DNA of 64,000 nucleotides from Glaucostegus cemiculus (Eukaryota), in the NCBI GenBank assembly GCA_976551045.1, contig CDPCPM010000142.1:868001-932000 (forward strand), in the 5' to 3' direction. The position numbers and the translations under genes are program-made. Shown here piece by piece: positions 26,556 through 40,451 of this stretch. The notes beneath the pieces were generated by a model. It did no database searches. It was given only the letters and a program-made list of their open reading frames with translations, and had not been told where the DNA came from. Positions within the stretch are counted from its first letter, which is position 1, and each line of letters begins with the position of its first letter.

Positions 26556-28870
26556 TGGATAATGCTGATGTGTAGCCAGTGAATCCTTAGAGAACCACTG
26601 GTTCAAGCAGTGTGAACATGAGCATGTCTCAGACTTCCGCTCCTGTACACTGCAGCGGGGCGAATTGAACACAGCTGACCTCCTGCTCTATTCCTGTACT
26701 CACCAGTGAATCCAAGAGCATTCCGTAACAACCTGAGCTGAGGGGGTGATATACTTCATATCTGGCTCCTCAGTTTTATGCAACCACGGTTGGCGCATCT
26801 GGCCCAATGGCACAGAGAGACATTGGAAAACAGTGCAAAGCCCTTCTGACAGCAAGAGCTGAGGCTTAGTCACCATTAGCTGGCCACTCCAATCCATGGA
26901 AGGGCAAGATCATTGGAAGCTGTGTGTCTGCAGAAGATGTGCAACATTAGGGCAAGCAATTTTGGACTGTGGGATTGCTATGGGGATTTATCAACATCAC
27001 CACACCATGTGAACTGCTCATACAAGCAGAGCACTTCCCCAGAATAAGGATCTGGCATAGCTAAATGAGCTGTTTTAGGGTAACTGTACAGTGGTCTCAC
27101 CCTAGTTGCTACATACAAGTAATCCTTCCTGGACCAGAAAGCTGACAGATGCATTCACTACAGTGGTGAACAGTTGCAATACCATCTTTTTATCCAGCAA
27201 ATGGGACATGAATAGACTTCTGACTTAATCAAAAGATTGAATCAGTTGCTGAATCAGTTGCCTGTTATTTAAACCTCCCCACCATTTCTCCTTGCTGTTG
27301 TCATTGAAGCACTTCTGCTCCTTCTTGCAAATGTTAGTACCCAAAATGAGTAAGAAGTTAAACATTGGGATATACTATGACCCGAATTTACTTTAAAAAT
27401 TACTTTGAGTTCAAAGCATATGTTTTTACTAGTCTGTAAATTCTCCAGTAGTTTACACAAAGATGCATCTCATGTATTGAAAGTTTGCTGAATTAAGTTA
27501 TGTCCCACAAAAATGGAAGCAAGCCGTCAGCCTTCCCTGACACAACTTAGAAATTATGCTTTTTAGCAGCATGTAGATAAGTTATATTCTGGCCCAGAAA
27601 CAAGATTGTTAAAAATGCAATGTCTCATCTCTGCAGTAACTTGGTCTTAACTTTCGTTTTAAAAATACAATATAATTTATTTTTCCACTCTTAATTCAGT
27701 ATTTTTTCTGTAACTATTTTCAGTCTAATTCATGCGATTTCACTCTATCTCACTCTTTTTAATCTATCCTTAAATACAGAGGTGATAGCCTGCTGGTTCC
27801 TTTGTTCACTGTTCCCAAATGCTCTGTTAGTCTTACATTTCCAGAAGATAATGATACAAGATTTTTCAAAACAGTAGAATGAAGGAAACATTTAACAAAT
27901 GGAACATATTATGAGTTGTGATGTCCAGCAGATTCCAGGCCTTTGTATTGGTCCAAAGGGGAAACACTGAAATAAGAGCATATCAAAATAAACGGCATTA
28001 CTATATTTTTCAAATTAGATTTGAACATTATGCAGAGGGTACTTTTATCCCAGGAAATATTTCTGCAACTGGAGATTAATGTGTATGCAAGATGAAGTAC
28101 ACGATTATGATGGCATTGGGTTTGGTGTTCCAGTTGTTAGGGTGTATTCGTCAATGTCTCGGTTGTCTTCTCATATCTCGAAAGGAGCATTCACAGTATC
28201 TGTTGTTCTCCCTTCCTCCCAGCACTGCTAGGAGTTTCAGCTCACTGTTTGGTGTGCTTCTGCCACTTTATGTGTCTTTCCAGTCTGAGTTTCAATGCAT
28301 ACTAGGTCGCCAAACATTGACTAAATAAAAAGTGATAATTGGCATGCTTATTCAAAATGTATTTATAGGCTTATACAATTGTTAAGACTCGTTTCACTAG
28401 AAGCAGGATCTGTGGAACCCAGGAGGGAGCAGAATAAGAGAATAGCAACACAAAATACTTCCATTGGAGTGTACCTTCTGTTGTTTGGGTATTAGACTGG
28501 TGCAAGAATTTTTAGGATATAATGTGGAACAGGTCGACCTGTGCCTGTGTTAGATTTTTTTTCTTTATTACTTATAGTAAAATACACCACTTTAAGCATG
28601 TTGGTTACATTTCATTTATTGTTAGCATAAATCCAGGAGGGATAACAGTTCTCTGCTAACATTAATAAAATCCAAAATTAGATTTAAAACTTACCCAACT
28701 ATGGAAGAAGTAGCTGATACAAAGCATAATCCACACCCTTAATATACTGAAAACTTACAAAAGTGCTGACATGATGATTCTAATGTGAAACAGATCTTTT
28801 TAAAGCCAGTATTGAGGCTAATAGAGAATACTCCACTGAACATGAACACATGCAACCACACTTACACCAT

Positions 28871-29200
28871 GTCAGAATCAGTTTTATTGTCACAACCATG
28901 TACACACGCACAGTATGCATAGGAGCGAGATACCGTCCTCCACAGGTGCACGTCACATTAAATATTAAACAGAAGAGACACACAGACATACACTGAAAAA
29001 GAACATTAAAACCACGAAAATTAAGTTAAATTCTGTAGCTTAAATAAATAGTTTTAAAATGAGCGAACTGGCGGCGGACATTTAAAGTGCTGGTGCGTTT
29101 CTGAGCGCCTAGCACCCTTTAGTGTTGGCAGGATAGATGGGGGAATGAGAGAGTTCACTGATCTGACGGCTTGCGGGAAGAAGCTATTACACAGCCTGTG
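28871..29200 (-). mobile_element. Rex1-like LINE 3' end
   Basis: Starts with agaatcagttttattgtcac and ends with gagttcactgatctgacggcttgcgggaagaagct (reverse complement of SFFP.A.RL-type coding). Confidence 0.55.
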
Positions 29201-29928
29201 CCGAAAGCAGTTCCTTACTGAACATGTTGCAGTTTTGCATTGGGAATGTTGCAGAAGTACACCCTATCTTTTCCTCTTACTCCAAAAGATTCTTTCTGTC
29301 ATTAACTTCAGTGGATGTCCTTAGTATTTTCTCTAAGGACCTGTTACTTATGTGGAAAAATTGACAAATGTGGCATGTCACTGCAAGAACCAACGTTTGT
29401 GTTGTTTCATCTCCTGGACCTTGTTAAGATCTCACTGGAAGGTGTCCACCAAATCCATTGATCTGATGGGAACCACCCCAATTTTACGTGCAATTTTCAG
29501 TGGGCATCCAGATACAAACTTAAGCCACAAGGGCAAGGAGAGAGCTGACTTAATTAATGTGATAATGTCAATGCTTTGGAGGAAAAATGTGACAAAGTAT
29601 TTCATTCTCAGGGTTTCTCATGTCACTTCTTTGTCTCCTGTAAACAAAACAGACAGAGTTTGATTTCTACGCTTAGGTAGTAATGTTATTGTCATTGTAT
29701 CTTGTGAGTACGGAGCGGAAGAAGGTGAACAGGGTGAGCTTTAGTCAATTTTCATTCAGCAGTTCTTATGAAAGAAGTGTAACAATGTGCCTTTAGCTTC
29801 AGAAATTTTGAACACATTATTTCATTAAAGTCTCATTAACTTCTCCAAGACCAACACAGCATTCCCTAAACAAATTAGAGAGGTTTGCTTCTTTTTCTTT
29901 TCATTGTTTTGAATTTTTCTTATCCATT

Positions 29929-30595
29929 TAGTGGTAGAGTTATGCAGCATGGAACCAGGCCCTTTGGCCCACTCATCCATACCGACCAAGGTGCCCACCT
30001 GAGCTAATCCCATTTACCTACATTTGGCCCATTTCCCTCTAAACCTTTCCTATCCATGTACCTAAATGTTGTTGTAATTGTACCCACCTCTACCACTTCT
30101 GGCAGCTCACTCCATATAAACACCATCCTTTGTGTGAAATACTTGTCCCTGAGGTCTGCTTTAAATCTCTCCCCTCTCACTTTAAACCTGTGCCCTCTGA
30201 TTTTAGACTCCCCTACCCTGGGAAAAGGACTATCGCCACCTACCTTATGTATGCCCCTTATCTTTTTTTAAAGTCACTCCTCAGCCTCCTACACTTCAAG
30301 GAAAACAACCCCAGCCTATCCAGTCTCTCCTTATAACTCAGGCCCTCCAGTTCCGGTACCATCCTTGTGAATCTTTTCTGCATCCTTTCCAGCTTAATAA
30401 CATCCTTCCTATAGCTGGGTGACTAGAACTGTGCTCAAAACTCCAAGTGCTGCCTCACCAATGTTTTCCACAGCTGTAACATGATGTCTCAGCTCTTGTA
30501 ATCAATGTCCTAACTGATGAAGGCAAGTGTGCCAGACGTGTTTTCACCACCCTGCCCACCTCTGTCACTGCTTTCAGGGAACCATGTACTTGTTC
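29929..30595 (-). mobile_element. CR1 LINE 3' fragment
   Basis: CR1 terminus caggccctttggccc, followed by minus-strand ORF2 signatures (ccttgtgaatcttttctgcatcctttcc; gaactgtgctcaaaactccaagtgctgcctcacc). Confidence 0.85.
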
Positions 30596-32417
30596 ATCCC
30601 TTGTACTTGTTCACTCTCTCCCCCTCTCTATTTCTCTTTACACTGTTTCTTGCTTTGTTCTTTTTCATGAGCCAATGGTCTAAGTCAGTAGGTGCAGTGT
30701 TAATATAGTCCCAAGTGAAACATTGAAATCACTGTGCCATTAGTGGATTGGTAATCCAGCAATTTGTGATGCAAATATAACAAGATATCAAAAGTGAGTA
30801 TAAAAGTTCAATAAATGTAATATTCTGCCAGACCCACCACTGTTGCAATTTCTTGCAGTCAGTGTTCATAGGCATCTTTCTGCCTGCTGTTTTGACAGAG
30901 CTATTATCTTACTTTAAACTAAACAGGTAACACGTTCATCAAGATAGAGGACAGGAAATGTCATATAAAGACGCTAAGCATGTGTCTATTACTACTGCTG
31001 ATACTAATTCCTAGATATTAAAATGTGTTTATTTTGAAATGCAGGAAAATCTATTACCACTGCTATTTTTAAATAAATTGAAGTAAGCAAAAGGACAGAC
31101 ATAGTTCGCTAAATTCTGTGCTGTGGCCAATCAGGCTGAACGCTTGCAGACTGAGTTTGTGATCCACTGTTCTCTTATTGTCTTCAGTCTCCTCATGATT
31201 GTTGGTGATCTGCTCTTCCAGTTAATCCAGATTAAGGAAAGAATTTTTACCATGAACAAGACACTGAAAAGAATTTTCAAATCACAGGATGTAATTAACT
31301 GCCTCAACTTCCCACAAACAAATCAACACCATGCATTTTATGCCAAGTAAGCAGGCCGTAGTTTGATACTCACCATAATGTTTTCGTGATTTTTTTTAAT
31401 TAGGGAAAGCTGATCACCATCTAAATCCATTTTGTATTATGCTTCTACATTTAGTAATTCTGTAAATACATTGACAGGATAGCTTACATAAATACACCCA
31501 AAGGGGCTGATTTTTCTACATAATACCATGACACCAATGGCATTCGCTATCATTTACTTGGAAAATGTATAACCACTTTTGATAGCTACACATTTGCAGT
31601 TAAACGTAGATATCAGAAGCTGGTGTGCTCTGTGCCATACTCTTGAAAGGGACTATTTGCCATTTAATTAATAATTCATAATTAGTCTGAAGGTGCTGTG
31701 AATCCTTTACAGATGCAAAATAAACTCAATTGTAAACATTAAAGCTTGTACACTCTGGTATAATTACCCATTGAGTCGTTTGGGAAGTCTTGTATTCTGC
31801 TAGACAACCACTTGGGTTCTGAAAACTAACCTGTGGGCATGGAGATGGACTCTTTCAGCTTTTTCTTCTCGGAAATTTTAAAATAATAAATAACACTCTT
31901 ACGTTTCTTCTTTTGCCTCTTTTCGCTTTATTTTAATACAATCTTTCTCCCTCATTTTGCCTTTTTACCATTGTAACATTGAATTCCCTATTCTGATATT
32001 CTATTTCTGGTTAAGACTGCTGGTTAAGGAGTCCCCAACTGATTGATTCAGGGAGGGTTGTTAACCCTTGTCATACAGGTCCCAGATGCCCTGTAGGTGG
32101 TGCTGCACATTTTGCATGGCCAGATGACAGCAATTTGCTGTGCAAAACGCAAAGGAGTCTGTCTATTGGCAAATGCAAATCAATGGAATTGCATGTGTTC
32201 GTCTGTTTGCCGTATGGGCAAAATCTCGGCCAATGTATTCACACCAGGGAACAATGCCTGTCAATGGTAAATGAAGGCTACAGCCATGGGTATCATAGAA
32301 AGTGCTTTTGTAGGAAATGACTGTTGGTTACATTTCATCAGCTTATTTATCATATGTAGGTTCTTCAGAGGTATGAGTTAAACTCTCTTTCACGTATACC
32401 CCTTCCCTACTCCACAG

Positions 32418-32585
32418 GCGCGCGCGCACACACACGCACNNNNNNNNNNNNNNNNNNNNNNNNNNNNNNNNNNNNNNNNNNNNNNNNNNNNNNNNNNNNN
32501 NNNNNNNNNNNNNNNNNNNNNNNNNNNNNNNNNNNNNNNNNNNNNNNNNNNNNNNNNNNNNNNNNNNNNNNNNNNNNNNNNNNNN
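32418..32585. other. (GC)n(AC)n microsatellite running into a 146-nt N-run (32440-32585)
   Basis: gcgcgcgcgcacacacacgcac followed by Ns. Confidence 0.9.
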
Positions 32586-32754
32586 AGCTTAAAATGTTTC
32601 TGCTCAAGTTTCTCCACAAACAAGCATAGGAAAACATAGTATGTTATATGTATGAGCTGGTTGGTATTGATAGTCTTCATTCTCTTTTTTCCAACTGACC
32701 TGGTGGGTTAATACTGACAACCTCCCATCCAGGTGAATAAGCTTATTTTTCCTT

Positions 32755-33600
32755 AAACACTAGTAAGTTGACATATTGATTGGAATGATGACTGTTGTTT
32801 TAAAATATTGAGGTTGACATTTAAGAAACAGGTTCACCTAATCCATATTTTCATATGCTACAACAGCTGGAGCAACTCAGTAACTGAATGTGGTCATGTA
32901 GAAGCACTGAGACTGGTGAATTATGCAGATATCTAACGCTACTGCTCTGCTTTATCACAGGATGCCATGACATAAGTAATAACTTTAGGTCTTGCTGATT
33001 TATCTTTTATAATTTACCCTTCTTGAAGTTATTTGACAGATTTCGCTAAGGGTTTTGGACTGCCACTGGAAATTATTTGTGGCTTCATCCTTCTGTACTA
33101 CTGGCTTTTGGGAGCTAGTAGTACAGGAGCAGGGAAGTGTACCTTAGTAGAGACACTCAGCAGGTGATGAGAGAGTACAAATGATAAAAAGAGAATGTTA
33201 GTAAAATGCCAAGTGCATAGGGTTATTTTTCCAAAAACCTGAAACCTATGTTTTTTCAAGTTAGGTGGAATGATATTCAATTGATTACAAAAAGTGTCAC
33301 TTGAGAAGTGCTTGGAGATTTTATTCTATAAAAGAGAATCTTTTTGTTTGCTTAAAGAATGAAAATTAGCAGAGCTTTTTGAAGTATTTCTCATAAATTA
33401 GCAAATAAAACATAAAAATAACATTATTTGTATGTTTTGCAACATTTTTACATAAGCTCATGTAGGCCAATATTGAAAGCCAGAGCATCCAGCTATGTTT
33501 AAAACACTAGTAACCTGATGTAATGATTGAAGTAATGACTGTTGGTTTAAAATCTTAAGGGTGACATCTATGAACCATGTTCCCCTACACCATATCTTCA
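32755..33600 (+). repeat. Diverged direct duplication of about 99 bp (32755-32853 and 33502-33600)
   Basis: Manual ungapped alignment gives about 20 mismatches in 99 nt. Confidence 0.85.
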
Positions 33601-33734
33601 ATGGTTCATATATATGTCAGTTTGTTCCATGACTGTAGTCTAATGAACAAGTTCTGCAGCACCCCAACAGTTTAGAAAGAGTTACATGGACAGACAAACT
33701 CAGTAAGTGGTGCACACTTCAAGATACCTGTTCC

Positions 33735-33970
33735 ACCCAGAGGGTAGTTAATCTTTAGAATTCACTGTCCTCAAGGGTTATGGAGTTTGGATTGCTGAGT
33801 ATATGCAAGACAGAGATCAATGGACTTTTAGATAAAAAGAGAAACTAGGGATAAGTGGAGTAGTGCGGGTGAGTAGCACTGACTTAAAAGATCTGCTGTG
33901 ATCTTATTGAATGGTGGGGCAGGCATGAGAAGCCCAATGTCCTTGTCCTGCTTCTAATTTGTATGTTTTG
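33735..33970 (+). mobile_element. CR1 3' end, decayed
   Basis: acccagagggtagttaatctttagaattcactg (cf. TQRVVNLWNSL) and 3' UTR gatcttattgaatggtggggcaggc...tcctgcttctaattt. Confidence 0.75.
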
Positions 33971-35678
33971 TACAGAGTTATCGAATGAAAACATGAACAC
34001 TGCTTGGAAAGATAGCAAAACAATATCAAATCACCACATGCATGTAAATGTCAGTACTGAAGATACTCAAAGTTAAAGAGAATGGATACAATGATATGGT
34101 ATCCTACTTATTTGTGTTTGAGCTCCTACTGGCAAGCATATTGTAATCTATCAGAATTTGGAATTATTTATGGCTATAGCTATAAGTGTGCATGTTAGGC
34201 AGAGTTTATTCTGTGCAAAATTGGAAATGTTGACTTCTTTTATTCCAATCATGAAGAAGACTTTGTAATACATAAGCTACACCTCATGAGTGAGACATAC
34301 CTTTCAGGTGAGTGCAGGAAAATCTGTATTCTATGAATAGCAGCAAGTATTCCACTAAAATTACACATGGGAACAAAACAAGGGGAATTATTTTGTTAAG
34401 AAACTGTTCATTTTTTTCTTGACATTATTCATATAATGGTTCAGCTGGATTAACAGTTTTCCATGGAGAAGAGAGTTTTTGTGATGTAGAACGTGAATAT
34501 AATTTTATACAAGCATGCGTGTAAAATCAATTATGACAGCAACATTTTTTTTAAATGGCATATTCCATCATCTGCACATTGCTTCATTGTCCCAAACTCT
34601 GAATCACATATAAAATGTGTCAAGATTTAAAATAAGGATTTATATTAAAACTAAACATACAATTGAAGTATACAAATAACCTGGAATTTGCCCAATGTTT
34701 TATGCAGGCTGTTCACTATTCTTGAGTTATTGTTATTTTGTGGCAGGAAAGGTGTTCATGTTACAAAAGTGTAATTAGTTATTCAATATTGTAATTAACT
34801 CATGAGTTTATTGCATAGTGTTGTGTTTTCAGAAAATATGCTAAATACTACAAGAATATCACTCATGATTGAACATAAAAATGGAGCATCTTCTGCAAGA
34901 AACACTATGTTTGACACAACATCATGGGCATTCACTACTTAGAGGGAAGACGTTCAGAGTATTGTATTTCTGTTATTTTTATAATAGCAAAATAAAACCT
35001 AAAATATGGTTTGATGCTTGCAGCTAATATGAACTGAGAAATCAAGCAGGAAAGGGAAAATTCAGGCATCATTTAAATTTGTTAAGCTTTGAATTATCTG
35101 CTAATTCGAGTTTGTTTGTTGCAAATATTTACCTTACATAGTGTTTAGCAAAAGAAATGCTTCAAATTAGGATTAGCTGGCAATATAACAAACTGCACAA
35201 ATCATTTTGTTTCGAAAGTCTGTAACATGAGTAGAACTCAAGAAATAAATAAAGACTGATCTAGACTATTGTTATTTTACTTAGAGCGAACTCAATAACC
35301 TTTTGCTATTGAAAAATGAATTGTGTACCCTTGCAATATAGCCAAAATAGATTCCACCTTTGATATAAATTCAAATTTACAAAATTATTTCCCAAATTAA
35401 AAGAAATAGGTGATTGTTTTTCTCACGTAAATCTTATCCACTTGCTTATTAATAGGATGTCTATGATCAATGTACATGGTTATTTAGTTCCCTTCAAATG
35501 GCACTGCATTGGAAATGCCAATATCTTTACGATTTCGGTCAGAATACAAATAATGTGTTAATAAGCAATTAGTATTTCTTATCAAACAATGACCTGTATT
35601 TAAAAACAATATTAAGATATTTCAGAGTTAGTTTCCACTGTACAAAGAATAAAGTTCCTTCATTCTTGTGCTAGTAAA

Positions 35679-35808
35679 ATTCTGAAAGACGTACGGGTAG
35701 GTTAATTTGGGGGGTTAAAATGGGCAGCGTGGACTCGGAGGGCCGAAAGGGCCTGTTACCATGCTGTAAATAACAAATTTAAAATTTAAAAAAAATTTAA
35801 AAAATTAA
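35679..35808 (+). mobile_element. 5'-truncated V-SINE, same subfamily as 47127-47378
   Basis: aaagacgtacgggtaggttaatttgg..aaaatgggc..gggccgaaagggcctgttacc plus an A/T-rich tail, nearly identical to the 3' half of 47127-47378. Confidence 0.85.
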
Positions 35809-37737
35809 AGTTGAGAATTTTGCTTTACAAGCCATTGTTTTGTGGATCAGCACCCTGCTCATGTGTATGTTGAGCCACTGGGGCTATTGCTAAGAAGCAT
35901 TCGACATAGGTGCATAGTTGCTGTCTTAACCACTTGTCCTGGCTGCTCTTACAGGCATGAGACCTGAGCCATTTTAAGGAGCTTTTTGAGGGATGCACTG
36001 AATGGAATGGCAGTGAAAGAAAGTTATTTTCTTGGCCCAGGATAAATGGTCTTGGCCCATGGATCTGGCAAGAAGAAAACCGGAAACAAACGTGATTGTT
36101 TTGAATGATTTCCAGTGATTGCTTTAAAGAACATTTACTGTTAATTATCCTCTGAATAATCTGAATGATTAACAGAATGGCCAAGGTAGTGTTCAGTCAT
36201 ACAAATAGTGCATTAAGGTTCTATGATTGTGAACTGTAATTCTGTTTGTGAACCTCAAAACCACTTTTTGATGGTTAGATTATACTTTTTGCCTCATTTC
36301 AGAATGCTATTAAGAATCAACTGCATTGGTGCATCTGGATTCACATCTAGGCTAGGTAGAGTAAGGCTGATTTTCTTCCTTGAAAGATATTTGTGAATTA
36401 GGTAGGTTTTTAACACTATCATGATTTTATGAAGATTGTAAGTACTAATGATGGGCTGGATTACACTCATCTCTGTTGAAATCTGCTGGTAATCTTTTCC
36501 CACACATCAACTTGTTGCAAACTTCCACTGTGGCAGCAGAAATGATTTGCTGAACCAAGCGTCCAGATGCACTTAGCGTCCATCCCTCAGCTTTGTGCCA
36601 GTCATGATCAGGCAGCCCCATGCATTCAAAGGGAGTGTACGTATGAGTCTGCATGGTCATAATACTGATCTTACTGTCTTACATCAAGTTCTAGGACTCT
36701 GCGGTAGTTACAGTAAAACTTACTATTTTTGCCAGCTGTCAAAAGGCCATCAGGCATACTGGAGGCACGGTCTAAAGATCCAGAACCTGAGACCTAGTAG
36801 TCATTCATGGTCTTCTCCACTTCATGCCAGACTCAGTGGGTGAATTCTGTTGGCCTTCTGGATTAAGTTAGTGCTGACGATAAGGTACCACAGGCGTTGA
36901 GTTCAGGCAGTGAGCCGGCCAATCTGGCCATGAACTTTTATTGAATGCCTTGAATTGAAATTTGATGGCTGATGTGGTGAGATTTGAACTTGTGTGTCTA
37001 GGTCAATAGATCACTGTATACTAGTCCGGTATCTAACCACCATGCATCTAATTCATTCCATTTGTGAGGCTCTCAATTATACCTACCAATTATAATTTAT
37101 TTATGTGCTCATTTATTTGCTTTGCTAATTTTAATACTTAATAGCTAAAGATAGATCCTGAAATTCTGGTGGCATTTTCCCAGTCTTTTGGCATAACTTT
37201 GGAGGAAATACAACAGAATGTCCCAAATAAAACATGAATTTCATTGTTGTCTCCACTTGCTTGGTTGCAATATGTTTCAGGCTTGAACCTGATTCCTGTT
37301 CTGGATTTTGTTTTAATTATTGCAAAGAGAAAAAAAAATGCATTAAAGTTTCAGTAAGTATATTTGTCTTAGAATTAAAAAAAAAATTCCTCATGCTGCC
37401 AACCTGATAAATACTGGAGCTCTACCTTTTGTATGATCAGTGTATTCTCAGTTGCTGCATGAAAAGTGAAATCTACCGGTACAAAGAGTGGCTTATTCAT
37501 TGTGCCTGTCTTGCATGAAAGCATTTACAGAGAAAATATGACAGGAACATGTTCAGCTAATGAGGTCGAATAGTTGTAACATTAAATTTAGGCTGTGTTT
37601 TCTATTAGGTTTTATTTATCAGTACAGTATTTGCATTCAGTCCTTTCACATTTGTTATCTCATGCACAGTTCTGTGGATGGGGCACCTTTTCTCATTTCA
37701 CAGCCAATTGTTACTCTGCGCTGAGTCTGTAAGTTGC

Positions 37738-37949
37738 NNNNNNNNNNNNNNNNNNNNNNNNNNNNNNNNNNNNNNNNNNNNNNNNNNNNNNNNNNNNNNN
37801 NNNNNNNNNNNNNNNNNNNNNNNNNNNNNNNNNNNNNNNNNNNNNNNNNNNNNNNNNNNNNNNNNNNNNNNNNNNNNNNNNNNNNNNNNNNNNNNNNNNN
37901 NNNNNNNNNNNNNNNNNNNNNNNNNNNNNNNNNNNNNNNNNNNNNNNNN
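37738..37949. other. 212-nt N-run in unique sequence
   Basis: Seen directly. Confidence 0.95.
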
Positions 37950-40269
37950 TTTTATGTTATGTTCACATTATTTTAAATTCGTAGTGTGGTCGCTTCTGTG
38001 CATTACCATTGTAAATGTATGAGCTCATATATCTGTATATTTTGATGGATCCCAGTTTTAGAGTTTTACATTTTTGTAAATTATCGATACATTCACTTGT
38101 ATGTTTTTTTGTTGAAACAACAAACTACTTCTAAAAGTGTTCTTCCGGGACATAGTTTTGAAAAAAAATAAAAAGAACTTCACTATTTGGCTGTTGTCTA
38201 TGAGTTACTATGTTGATTTTCTATTTATGATCACCATAGTAATGTAGCCTGCAGGCTTGCTGATTTTCTCTACAATCCTGGTTTTAAAGCACTAATCATT
38301 TCATGGTAACATCTCCTGTTAGCACACGGCACATTTATGCAACATTTATTGTATTTGTCAGGTGTTTAGGAGACCACTGGGAGTTTTAATTAATGTCAGT
38401 TAAGAAGATACATTGTTCAGCTGATACCAGCTTGGCAAGTTTCTCATTTTCCTATAATCCATACACTCCTCTGTCTTTAGGGAAATATGCAAAATTAAAA
38501 GTTACACTGCATGCTGTTGTCTGTACAGCATCCAGCTCATCAAGCTAAAACTCTCATGCAAATTTTAATTTGCCCTTGAGCATAATTTAGAAACCATAAT
38601 CATTGAGGTTTTATGCAGCACAGATACAGGAAAGATACTCCATTAAACCACATGTTCTCATTCAGAGAATCACGATCCCTACACAGTACAATCTTAATTC
38701 ATCATGCAAAAATTTGTAATCACAACAACAGAATATATTTAATTTACATGTAATGCAGGGCTTAGGAAAAGAATTTCAAGAGTGTTCAGATTTAGCATTA
38801 GGGTGCAGTATTTGTTTTCAATAGCAGAGTACGTTTTGTATTCCTGTAGTAATCCCTACAGTAATGTACACTTGGCCTGACATATAGAGTCTTCTTCTAC
38901 ACCAGGATGACACTAAAAGATATGTAGAATGACTGACAATGTAGCAGATGCATGGCTCTTTCCCTAGACAAAACAGAAGGTATTGTTCTATTATCAACTA
39001 CAGTGAATTACCATTGTGTGCCCATCTGTGTTAAGACATATTACATGACTTCATGGAATTTACAGTGCACTCCTTCTGTAACTCGATTTTTCAATGTTTG
39101 GTCCCTGGAGATTTTACAAAATGTCAAGCTGTAGCTTGCAAGAGAAAAGTGAAATCTACTGGAAACAAACACTTATGACCATTTCATGCCTGATCTCCTT
39201 TGTGATGTTGTTTAGGGGGCAGGTGTTATACTGAAATACTGTACAGTAGGTGTGAATCTGGGTTGTTGGGAAAATAATATTTTAATTGAACATACTGTCT
39301 AGGTCCAACTGATAATATAGTTGAATAAATTTTACAGTTCCACTAATATAGACTTCCAAATAATATTACAATTTATTTGGTTATTTAGATGATTTTCCAC
39401 CTTTCTCCTCTGCAAGCATTAAGGATTTTTGGGACACATAGCTGATTTTCCTTATGTTGCATTGTTTTGTAGGAGGTGTCTTCCTGAAAGAGACTTGTGA
39501 TTGCTTTTTCAGTGTTCGGTTATAACATCAGTTGATAAATGGTAGAAGTTCTTATTTAACCTATTTGAAAGGAACAATTTTTATTGACGAAGATCAGTAA
39601 TGGCTGTGTCAACAGTTCATGAAATATACTTATTCTATGATTTCTGAATATTTTTGGGCAATGAACTAAAATGGTCTGGCCCAGATGTCAGTTAATTCAC
39701 CAAACGTGTATGAACATCTTTCTGAAGTTTGTAAGAGCACGTTATGACACAATGCCATTTTGGACAACAGGTGATTCAAATTGGAATTTTCCAACTAATC
39801 TCCTTATCTTTTGGAATAAACCACCCTTTGACGTTTAGTCACACTGTGAACTAGTTGTCAAGACAAGAAAACTAAATCAATAAGCTAATTAACAGCAAAT
39901 TTATTGCCACATAATGACACAATGCAAATAGATTCAACAATTAAAATACACCAAAGTTACAAGAATAGAGATTTGTATGCCAACCTTTGTTTAGAATGTC
40001 GATCATTCAGCTGAGAGCTAATTAAACCATATTTTACAGATGCTAGGAGCAAAAATATCAAAGAACACCATTATATTTTGATCTGTTCCTCAAATGGATT
40101 TTAGTCACGATTTAATATGCGTTATGTTAAAATGTGTTGTCTTCTTAATGTTGGTGGCCTTTTGTTCTTACTTGTACTATTAAACGTCCTGTTAGCATCT
40201 TGTCGCTGTCTTAGAAGGAGCCATTCTTCAATTTACGAATGTATTTCTGGAAGATGTTTTGTATGGTTT

Positions 40270-40451
40270 TGGGGTGGTAGTAGAGGCAGATACGTTGGAC
40301 AGGTTCAAGAGATTGTTAGATAGGCACATGGAAGAATGTGGAATAGTAAGATATGTGGGAGGAAGAGTTAGATTGTGAGACGTTTGAAGGATGGCACAAC
40401 TTGGTGGGCCGAAGGGCCTGTTTTGTGCTGTATTGTTCTATGGTTCTATGG
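40270..40451 (+). mobile_element. Young 5'-truncated CR1 (about 180 bp) ending in (gttctatg)n
   Basis: Near-identical to the reverse complement of 50163-50343. Confidence 0.92.
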
